A stretch of 24,059 nucleotides of DNA, from IMG/VR virus record IMGVR_UViG_3300017716_002518, positions 1 through 24,059 of that record; one strand, written 5' to 3'. Positions 17,476 to 24,059 of the stretch are shown piece after piece. The notes under the pieces were generated by a model. That model was not told where the DNA came from. It saw nothing but the letters and a program-made list of their open reading frames with translations, and did not search any database. The position numbers and the translations under genes are program-made. This stretch comes from a virus. Lineage: Duplodnaviria > Caudoviricetes. Position 1 is the first letter of the stretch; each line of letters starts with the position of its first letter.

Positions 17476-17487
17476 AATTATTAACTA

Positions 17488-18438
17488 TTAAACTGTACTA
17501 ATCACTTTATACCAGATATGCGCGACCATATTGCTGTCACCAGTTGTAAAAGCTCCAGTGACATTCGATAGTGCTAAGCTCTTGTTGACGCAAGTTGTAA
17601 ATGTTTCGGCAACTACACCAGCATTGAAATTCCAACCTGTTGAAGCGGTAGCTTGGAAAGTTGCTGCTGATAACGTGGTTGAAGCGATAACACCTGCGCC
17701 GTTTGCAGTCACATCGTACTGTATTGCAGCAACTCCACCAGCCGCAAAAGCTGCTGTGCCGTAGGTCATTAACAACTGAACCTTGTCTAACACTAAGAGC
17801 TTGTTAGCACCAGGGGCTGCAACTAGTACCTTTGGAGCTGCATAAGCGCCATTAAATTCAGCAGCAGTAATTGCAACTGAAGTATATTGGAGTGTGTTTA
17901 AAGCAATCATCGAACTTAAAACTTTGTTAGCGCCAATCGTAGTAGTACCAGCGGCAACAATTGTCACGTCACCAGCCATCGCAACTGAAGTTGGAACAGT
18001 AGCTACAGACCCTACGATGATGTTACCAGATGCAAGTGCTGCAAGCTTACTGAACGAAATCGCCGCAGCAGCATTCACCTTAGCATTGGTTACAGCGCCA
18101 TCAACGATGTTTGCAGTATCAACAGCAGCAGATGCTGTGAATGATACTACTGATATGGTTGCTGGAATTACTGAAGTATCGACTGCATCAACTTGTAAAA
18201 ACTCACTTGCATCAGATGCAACAACCATAATCACATCATTTACTTTAAGTTGATAAGCAACTGAAGTGAAATAGTTAGCGGCAGCGATAGTAGCAATTGC
18301 ATCAGTAGCTGATGCATAGCTATAAAATGCAGGGCCATTAGAAATAACAGCTGATGCACTTGGGTTTTCTGTTGTTGTTATTTGGCCAGCGTTAAACGCT
18401 GAGGTTTGGTGTACAAACCGTGAACTTTGAAAAGCCAT
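17488..18438 (-). CDS. Capsid decoration / head fibre protein
   Basis: Directly after the major capsid gene; Y....DAIATI....YF...LKVNDVI N-terminal domain; fibre-like IVDGAVTNAKV segment; Ala/Thr/Val-rich C-terminal domain. Confidence 0.7.
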   Translation of the reverse strand: MAFQSSRFVHQTSAFNAGQITTTENPSASAVISNGPAFYSYASATDAIATIAAANYFTSVAYQLKVNDVIMVVASDASEFLQVDAVDTSVIPATISVVSFTASAAVDTANIVDGAVTNAKVNAAAAISFSKLAALASGNIIVGSVATVPTSVAMAGDVTIVAAGTTTIGANKVLSSMIALNTLQYTSVAITAAEFNGAYAAPKVLVAAPGANKLLVLDKVQLLMTYGTAAFAAGGVAAIQYDVTANGAGVIASTTLSAATFQATASTGWNFNAGVVAETFTTCVNKSLALSNVTGAFTTGDSNMVAHIWYKVISTV

Positions 18439-18453
18439 GTTATATCCCCTTAA

Positions 18454-19284
18454 TTAGACTGATTCATCACAATCGATTGCGACTACACCACGGTTATCAA
18501 TAACCTTAGCACCGGCTGAAAATATTCCATTAACTAACCATGAAGTGCGGTCAGGCATGTAGTTAATCTCAGTTCTAAAGTCGTGACCAATTGCCATACC
18601 AGTTGACATTTTGTGCCATGCTAAAGCGGTACGAATATTACCGGACTTAGGCAATCCACCTTCAGTCATCTGTGGAATTGTAACTACGTTGATACCTAAG
18701 TAATCAAGGAAGTAACCGCGGTCAAGGATTCTATTTTCTGTGTAGAAAGAAGATATGAATTGGTCATCAGCCATTAATGAACGAATATTTGAAGCAGACA
18801 TTGCCAACCAGCGCTCGCCTTTAGGAACAGCACGGTCTTCAAAGTATTCATAAATTCGTGTGAACTTAGCATAATTCATGTTTGTTCCACCGTTGACAAT
18901 AGTATCGCCTGGATCGGCGTCTAATGCGTCAATGATGATTTGGTCAGAGCGTCTACCCATAGCTTGTCCTACCAGCATGGCATTTTCCATCTTGGCATCA
19001 AAATTAACGGTAAGCTCTTGAACTGTATCTACAGCAGTAGGAGTGGTGTACTTTTGAATTGTGCAAGTAACCTTAGTATAGTCAGGGTCTTGAATTGATA
19101 CAGCAGCCAAATATGCAGTAGGAACTGATATTACTTGGTCTACTTTACGAAATTCGACACTTGAACCTATTACGTCACTCTTGGTGCGCACACTATCTCG
19201 CAATAGGAACCCTTTGGAACGGTATTCGGCTTTGACTAACTCGTCAAAGTCTGTTTGTTGTACTGCTGTCAATGATTGAGACAT
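18454..19284 (-). CDS. Major capsid protein
   Basis: F...VK..Y......LR..V, AMGRRSDQIIIDAL, FLDYLG and GA..ID..GVV.I.C.E motifs of podovirus HK97-fold capsids; follows the scaffold gene. Confidence 0.92.
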   Translation of the reverse strand: MSQSLTAVQQTDFDELVKAEYRSKGFLLRDSVRTKSDVIGSSVEFRKVDQVISVPTAYLAAVSIQDPDYTKVTCTIQKYTTPTAVDTVQELTVNFDAKMENAMLVGQAMGRRSDQIIIDALDADPGDTIVNGGTNMNYAKFTRIYEYFEDRAVPKGERWLAMSASNIRSLMADDQFISSFYTENRILDRGYFLDYLGINVVTIPQMTEGGLPKSGNIRTALAWHKMSTGMAIGHDFRTEINYMPDRTSWLVNGIFSAGAKVIDNRGVVAIDCDESV

Positions 19285-19314
19285 GATAACCCCTTGTCAA
19301 TAATTAAGAACGTT

Positions 19315-19402
19315 TTGCCGACATCGGCAATTCGTGACTAGATTACTATTTAGGGCTATCACGTTTTGAAGGTGTCCGTTAGGGCTTCTGCAATAGGTGT
19401 CC
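19315..19402 (-). promoter_or_regulatory. Repeated and structured capsid-gene leader
   Basis: Two tandem units GGACACCT-N8/N12-AGCCCTAA, plus hairpins CGTGA...TCACG and TTGCCG-atgt-CGGCAA. Confidence 0.55.
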
Positions 19403-19418
19403 TGTTCGTATTGCTATA

Positions 19419-19447
19419 ATGATAGACAACTTTATCAATTATGTAAA
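19419..19447 (-). promoter_or_regulatory. Putative sigma70 promoter for capsid genes
   Basis: TTTACA (19447-19442), 17 nt, TATCAT (19424-19419) in the 181-bp intergenic region. Confidence 0.5.
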
Positions 19448-19465
19448 TAGTGCGTTAAAGATAGG

Positions 19466-20185
19466 TTATCGCAATTTACCCATAATTGTTTCAAGTTTCC
19501 TTTCCATCTCTTTTCTATAATACGGGTCTGTTTTATATTTTGAAAAGTTTGTATTTAACTCGGATCGATATTCTTCAAGTGTCATTCCAGCTTGTGTAAC
19601 TGCTGCATTTCCATTTGGAATAATTGTATTTGTTGAAAGCATCTTATTTCTAATTTCTTCAAGAGCCTCAATAGCATCAGCTGTTCTCATTCCAGCACTT
19701 AATGATTGGAATGCCTTTTCAGACAGATTTGATTTTGCCCAGTTATTTAGAATTTGCAATCGCTCACTGGCATTCTCACCAAGCTTTGCTTTTTCTTCAT
19801 TAATGTCTGTTTTAAATTCATCAAGATACAATCCGACTGTTCCAAGAAACTTATCCATAACTTCTTGAGGAACATGTTTTGATTTAGCGAATTCTGCCAT
19901 CTCAATAAATGGCTCATAGTCTGGCTCAACCCATGATGCGCCTTGGCTAAAGTCATACTCATTTGGAGCGGTACCTAATCTTGATTCAAGTTCTCTTTGG
20001 GCTTTAGCAACGTCTGCGACTGTTTTGTATTTTTCGGGCAAGAAGGATGGTCGCTCTCCGGTTCCTGGGGTATTTTCATCCCAGTACCATGAGGGTGATT
20101 CTGCTCCTGACGATTCCGCAATTGCTGTTGGATTTGTTGTAGTTGAATCTGGTGTGGGGCTAGTGGCTTCATCTAATAAACTCAT
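19466..20185 (-). CDS. Capsid assembly scaffolding protein
   Basis: Acidic, disordered N-terminus; RP.FLPEKY......KA..ELE.RLG motif; C-terminal KY..DP.YR; lies between portal and capsid. Confidence 0.88.
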   Translation of the reverse strand: MSLLDEATSPTPDSTTTNPTAIAESSGAESPSWYWDENTPGTGERPSFLPEKYKTVADVAKAQRELESRLGTAPNEYDFSQGASWVEPDYEPFIEMAEFAKSKHVPQEVMDKFLGTVGLYLDEFKTDINEEKAKLGENASERLQILNNWAKSNLSEKAFQSLSAGMRTADAIEALEEIRNKMLSTNTIIPNGNAAVTQAGMTLEEYRSELNTNFSKYKTDPYYRKEMERKLETIMGKLR

Positions 20186-20499
20186 TTGTTAATGTTCTCC
20201 GCAGCGATTCGTTGCTCATGCGAGCGGACGCAATTTCTAAGCATTCTAAATCCTTCTTTAAATCCCTCATAATAAACGGCAGCATGACCTATGCTAACTC
20301 CATTTGGGTGTATGAATCCTGGAAGTAAGAATCGCTCTACAATCTCAGACATTAATCGCTTGCCATCCTCTGTGTTAAATACGAAATAACAAAGCTTATC
20401 CATCTCAAGAGCTTCGGGTTTGTTTTTTAACGCATCCATGCTCTCTTGATATCCTGCATAATAATTTTCAGGTTTTAAAAATGGATTCTCTTCAGTCAT
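20182..20499 (-). CDS. Bbp19-like small protein
   Basis: VFNTEDGKRLM..I and YYEG motif; typical position between portal and scaffold; ATGA overlaps on both sides. Confidence 0.75.
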   Translation of the reverse strand: MTEENPFLKPENYYAGYQESMDALKNKPEALEMDKLCYFVFNTEDGKRLMSEIVERFLLPGFIHPNGVSIGHAAVYYEGFKEGFRMLRNCVRSHEQRIAAENINK

Positions 20500-22103
20500 T
20501 GCGGAACTTCTCCTTGGGGTCGTTGGTCTTGAGCAGCTTGCATCTGGGCATCTTGTTGATGTTGTGCATTTTGAGCTGCTGCTTGCACTTTTTCAGCTGA
20601 GTTTAAATAACGAGCATCAACCTGCATTTGTTCGGCAATTAAGTATGGAGCCAAACCTGGATTAATATACATTAGCGCTGGACCTGCTCCAAATACTCCC
20701 TGCATAAGCTGGTAGTACTGTGTAAATCGTGCAATATCTTGTTGCCCCTTTGCTAATGCTAGTGGCGATCGATATCTGAAATTAACCTTAACTCCTTTAA
20801 CTGAAGGCCAAGGAAGTAATCCCATCTTATCAAGTATATATGCACATCGCTTAATTACAGGCCATAAAAACTCTTGTTGAAGTCGTGAAAACAGTGGTCC
20901 AATACGCTGCGCCATATTTTGTTGAACAATCATTAATTCAGTAGCAGTTTGTGGCTGAACTGATTCGTTAGGGTTAACCTCATTAAAGAGCAACGCTTTA
21001 ATCTGATTTCTTAAATCCAAAATAGTGAGTTGGGAAAATTGTGGATTACTAGAATCAGGCAAAGGAATAAGAGGAGGAGAACCACCCGACCCAATAGGGG
21101 CGATAGGAATGACCGTAAACGGTTCAAGCTTAAACGTATGTGGATTAAAGACGGCATCACTGAACCCCATGTAAGGTTTAAATGTATTTAAATTTGCTGC
21201 TGCTAATTCTATTCGTGCTAGCTCATTTAATGAAATTATTGAAGGTAAGGCATCCATTACAGGACCGCGACCAAAAACTTCATTGTTTACCTTTTGAAAT
21301 CGCCAAACAATTCCCGGATTAGATTCGAACTCTTCACACAACAAAGGACAGTCTGCTGTTCCAATCATATATGTATAGGGCTTTTTATTCTGAGGCATGT
21401 ACATCACGCCCTCGTAGAGAGTCTCGATGCGAGCATCAGGATTTTCTATAAGGAGCATTATCATTTCTGGAGTAAGGATTGCATTAGGCCATCGAACTTG
21501 TATCTCATTAATCTTTACCTGTTCCCAGTTTCTAAACCATGAGTCCACTCGTCCTGTCATTGATTCTTCAATGGCAAGTTTATCCATAGGGACTGAGGTA
21601 AATAAAAGAGGCTGTTCTTCTGTAAACTGGTTTATGACAATGCAACTCGTTCCAATAGCTAGGTCAAAGTAGCACTCATTAATAACCACATCAAAATTTG
21701 ACTCATGAATATATGAAAAGAGTCTTCGCATATAGGTATCAAGTTCTTCTTGAAATGCATTCTTGTCGATGTCTTTTTCAGTATCAAATGTTTCGTCGAT
21801 GTCCAAATAGCCCCACTGGACTTGAGGTGGTGTCATTGCATCATGAACTTTTGACACGAAGGTCTTAGTGGCTTCTACAGCCGTGGTGTCATAGATTCGA
21901 GTTCCTTTAAATTCTCCTTGTTGCTCTTTAGGGCGATAGAATCTATTTCGATAGGGAACAGCATAATAATAGCAAGCTTCAAGAAGTGATGCCCATAAAT
22001 CAGCAACACCTTGAGCAGACTGATATCGCTTGCGAAACAGTCTCCATGTTGGCATATAGGAAGCTTCAAATGTGGCTTCTTCTACGGGTTCCATATTCTT
22101 CAT
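20496..22103 (-). CDS. Portal protein (head-tail connector, T7 gp8-like)
   Basis: YDTTA....F.S......TPP...W, SNF.......DL..GT, E.FGRGP...ALP, TATE, RLQ.EFL.P...R and SPLA motifs; 535 aa. Confidence 0.96.
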   Translation of the reverse strand: MKNMEPVEEATFEASYMPTWRLFRKRYQSAQGVADLWASLLEACYYYAVPYRNRFYRPKEQQGEFKGTRIYDTTAVEATKTFVSKVHDAMTPPQVQWGYLDIDETFDTEKDIDKNAFQEELDTYMRRLFSYIHESNFDVVINECYFDLAIGTSCIVINQFTEEQPLLFTSVPMDKLAIEESMTGRVDSWFRNWEQVKINEIQVRWPNAILTPEMIMLLIENPDARIETLYEGVMYMPQNKKPYTYMIGTADCPLLCEEFESNPGIVWRFQKVNNEVFGRGPVMDALPSIISLNELARIELAAANLNTFKPYMGFSDAVFNPHTFKLEPFTVIPIAPIGSGGSPPLIPLPDSSNPQFSQLTILDLRNQIKALLFNEVNPNESVQPQTATELMIVQQNMAQRIGPLFSRLQQEFLWPVIKRCAYILDKMGLLPWPSVKGVKVNFRYRSPLALAKGQQDIARFTQYYQLMQGVFGAGPALMYINPGLAPYLIAEQMQVDARYLNSAEKVQAAAQNAQHQQDAQMQAAQDQRPQGEVPQ

Positions 22104-22119
22104 GTAATTCCTTTATGTT

Positions 22120-22410
22120 CTAGCCTAATTTATTGCTTAAGTTACTAGAAGTTTCTTCAAGAAATCCTGGGGAACGATATGCTCTTTGCATTCCTTTTAT
22201 TTGTTTCTCAGCAATCTTCTTTTTTCCAGCAGCACGTTCATCTTCAACGCGCTTTGATTCGGCGGCCATTTCGTCTTTTGCTTTTTGATAGTAATCGATT
22301 TGCTCAGCAACCGCTTGGTTTGCTGCGCGCCTATCCGCAGAATGTTGGTGTGGAATTGCATTAGAAATTCCCCTCTCAATACCTTTAAATCCTTTAGATA
22401 ACCAGCTCAT
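22120..22410 (-). CDS. Small basic pre-portal protein, probably virion-associated
   Basis: AGGGGA RBS; helical and basic; ends in KLG; position just before portal is common in podoviruses. Confidence 0.75.
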   Translation of the reverse strand: MSWLSKGFKGIERGISNAIPHQHSADRRAANQAVAEQIDYYQKAKDEMAAESKRVEDERAAGKKKIAEKQIKGMQRAYRSPGFLEETSSNLSNKLG

Positions 22411-22420
22411 TTGATTCCCC

Positions 22421-22555
22421 TTAAATCCATATATGAACGTAAATTACTTTTTCTTCAAAATCTTTCTCTGCTACTACATAATTAACAATTTTCATTGAGT
22501 AAGGAATATTAATCTGTTTTCTCAACTTTCTCAATTGCGCTAGAATTGTGCTCAT
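22421..22555 (-). CDS. Hypothetical 44-aa protein (not in ORF track)
   Basis: MSTILAQLRKLRKQINIPYSMKIVNYVVAEKDFEEKVIYVHIWI; fills the gap and overlaps the upstream gene by 47 nt; RBS weak. Confidence 0.5.
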   Translation of the reverse strand: MSTILAQLRKLRKQINIPYSMKIVNYVVAEKDFEEKVIYVHIWI

Positions 22556-23096
22556 TATTTAATGCCATCCTTGAAATATCACTTTGCATTGCATCAATCG
22601 CGTGTTGCAATTGGAATGTCTCGAATGCTCCGCGTCCTACGTTGATGGATTCCATGAGTTGTTTAATTTCGGAAGCAGTGAACTCTTCTCTCCCAGCTTG
22701 TTTAATAAGTTGCTGGTATTGTTCGTAAGGGTTTGCGTCTGGGTCGACTGCCATTCTAATTCGATTATTTGACCGGCCAATCCCGTATCGACAAGCCCCA
22801 GTGATTCTCCAGTATTCCATGTTGAAGTTTTCGTCATCCTTTCCAAGCCGACCTTCCTCTTCCCAATTAAATTTTGAATACATTTTTCCGAGCTGATAAC
22901 ATTCATCGAATATAGGATATAGCATTGTCCACTTGTAGAACAGGGCATCACTAATTCCTGCTTCTTTGCAAAATGCCGTCATAGTTCCCGCTGTATTCAT
23001 AACCTCAAGAATTAGTGGGCAATGTACGATTTCTTCATATTTACGCTTGCCTTTCTTGATTTGCAAATAAAGTTTTTTTGTATCAATCTGTGTCAT
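22509..23096 (-). CDS. Putative terminase small subunit
   Basis: KY..., HTH TMTAFCKEAGISDALFYKW, then P.F.E.Y..GK......WE..G as in TerS proteins; first gene of the head operon. Confidence 0.7.
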   Translation of the reverse strand: MTQIDTKKLYLQIKKGKRKYEEIVHCPLILEVMNTAGTMTAFCKEAGISDALFYKWTMLYPIFDECYQLGKMYSKFNWEEEGRLGKDDENFNMEYWRITGACRYGIGRSNNRIRMAVDPDANPYEQYQQLIKQAGREEFTASEIKQLMESINVGRGAFETFQLQHAIDAMQSDISRMALNNEHNSSAIEKVEKTD

Positions 23097-23119
23097 AGGC
23101 TAATGAATCCCTGTCATTT

Positions 23120-23161
23120 GGATAAAATATAGCACGAATTAACTAACTAAGGATAAAATAT
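23120..23161. promoter_or_regulatory. Divergent promoter region with 11-bp direct repeat
   Basis: GGATAAAATAT at 23120-23130 and 23151-23161; minus-strand extended -10 TGcTATATT at 23134-23126. Confidence 0.5.
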
Positions 23162-23630
23162 GTTTGATTGTTCCCAGTTTCGCTCGTTAATTATTGAGCC
23201 AGTTCTATCTAAATTGCAAGTATACTCTAAAGACGCAGAAGAGATTTTAATATTTACTTGTGCCGCAGAGTCGTTAGGAGGCCATTATCTAGTCCAAGTT
23301 AAAGGGCCTGCGGTTGGGATTTATCAGATGGAGCCAGCCACCTATACTGATATTTGGGTGAACTTTATTCGAAACCGAAATCAAATGTCAACTCTCTTGG
23401 CACTTCACTTCCAGTGCACAAGAATCCCAGATGTCGAACGCATGATTTGGGATTTGCATTTCGCAACAATCATGGCGAGAATCCATTATCTTCGGGTAAC
23501 AGAAAAACTCCCAGTCGCAGGTGATGTTGATGCCATGTGGGATTACTATAAAAAGTATTATAACACTGTAGCAGGGAAGGCCAGCAAAGAGTCTTCTATA
23601 AAGAAATACCAAGAGTTTATTAAATCTTAA
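23160..23630 (+). CDS. Lysozyme-like / lytic transglycosylase-family protein (candidate endolysin)
   Basis: Catalytic-type AAES, GPAVGIYQMEPAT, ARIHY and YYKKYYNT motifs; AAGGA RBS. Confidence 0.8.
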   Translation: MFDCSQFRSLIIEPVLSKLQVYSKDAEEILIFTCAAESLGGHYLVQVKGPAVGIYQMEPATYTDIWVNFIRNRNQMSTLLALHFQCTRIPDVERMIWDLHFATIMARIHYLRVTEKLPVAGDVDAMWDYYKKYYNTVAGKASKESSIKKYQEFIKS

Positions 23631-23850
23631 AGCAATCACGATGTCTGTGCGCGTCTGATACTACTACTTCGTGGAAGCAGATGCCGCACATCAATCCCGT
23701 TACAGCCGTCATGTGAGCCGTAACTATAGTACTTACTGCTATCCACTTGTGGTATGGCTCGAATCCTTCAGCGGCTTTAGGGCAGCGTGATGATTGGTCG
23801 TTCCATTTCTTGTGTTCGCATTCATGTTCTTTTGGTTCATCATCCGACAT
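23620..23850 (-). CDS. Hypothetical Cys/His-rich small protein (possible zinc ribbon)
   Basis: RCP...YHKW...CGICFH; GGA upstream; lies downstream of a promoter-like sequence; 3-prime overlap with the transglycosylase gene. Confidence 0.6.
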   Translation of the reverse strand: MSDDEPKEHECEHKKWNDQSSRCPKAAEGFEPYHKWIAVSTIVTAHMTAVTGLMCGICFHEVVVSDAHRHRDCFKI

Positions 23851-23874
23851 TTTATTTCCAATTATTTAAGTGTT

Positions 23875-23926
23875 GGCTCCGAAAGAGTATCCGTGGATAT
23901 CATATGCGCAAGACGTCACCGGAGCC
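23875..23926 (-). ncRNA. 52-nt stem-loop at predicted transcript start
   Basis: Closing stem GGCTCCG/CGGAGCC; inner hairpin TATC-cacg-GATA. Confidence 0.45.
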
Positions 23927-23932
23927 GTATTG

Positions 23933-23961
23933 AGTATAAACTACCGCCGCCTATACGACAA
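23933..23961 (-). promoter_or_regulatory. Sigma70-type promoter spanning the repeat boundary
   Basis: TTGTCG (23961-23956), 17 nt, TATACT (23938-23933); +1 predicted at G23926. Confidence 0.65.
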
Positions 23962-24059
23962 TCCCAGCAGTCCAATCACGTACACGACCTCCTTGTAAAG
24001 TCAACCATTAAAGGGTATCACCCAACCCAATTCAAGGGTGTACAGGGTTATCTGAAACG
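23937..24059 (-). repeat. Terminal inverted repeat, right copy
   Basis: Exact reverse complement of 1-123; contains a second copy of the last 19 terL codons and the stop. Confidence 0.99.

Larger units (their letters stand above)
1..24059. mobile_element. Podovirus-type phage structural/packaging module bounded by 123-bp inverted repeats
   Basis: Colinear terminase, portal, scaffold, capsid, tail tubular A/B, internal proteins and tail fibre genes; no host housekeeping genes; no recognisable replication or integration genes. Confidence 0.95.

Noticed and set aside
18439-18480. T7 gp10B-like frameshift extension of the capsid protein
   Set aside because: No slippery sequence near the stop; the next gene has its own RBS (AAGGGGA).
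19350-19402. Mini CRISPR array
   Set aside because: The repeats are only 8 nt with 8-12 nt gaps, and there are no cas genes.
23875-23926. tRNA gene
   Set aside because: Only 52 nt, with no T-loop GTTC, no anticodon arm and no CCA.
23870-23998. Plus-strand 42-codon ORF sharing the last 19 residues with TerL
   Set aside because: No clear RBS, it overlaps a better-supported minus-strand promoter and stem-loop, and the upstream part does not resemble TerL; probably a by-product of the repeat.
1-24059. Assignment to Autographiviridae or to a specific host
   Set aside because: No single-subunit RNA polymerase or repeated phage promoter is seen, and the host cannot be determined without database or spacer searches.

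Overview
The whole window is the virion morphogenesis and DNA-packaging region of a short-tailed (podovirus-type) dsDNA phage or phage-like element with T7/BPP-1-style structural genes. It is read almost entirely on the minus strand. From right to left: putative TerS, portal, Bbp19-like protein, scaffold, major capsid, head decoration/fibre, tail tubular A and B, three internal (ejection) proteins, tail fibre, two paralogous fibre-like proteins, several micro-ORFs, RusA, an HNH endonuclease and TerL. Two genes are on the plus strand: an Endonuclease VII-family gene and a lysozyme/transglycosylase-like gene. I recognise no DNA polymerase, primase, helicase, integrase, repressor or RNA polymerase. 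The most striking feature is a perfect 123-bp inverted repeat at the two ends (1-123 / 23937-24059). The left copy encodes the TerL C-terminus. The right copy supplies the -35 box of a promoter-like sequence whose predicted start falls on a 52-nt stem-loop. Both endonuclease genes carry structured leaders, and the HNH gene is flanked by a diverged duplication of the TerL start. All calls come from reading motifs by eye; no searches were run.
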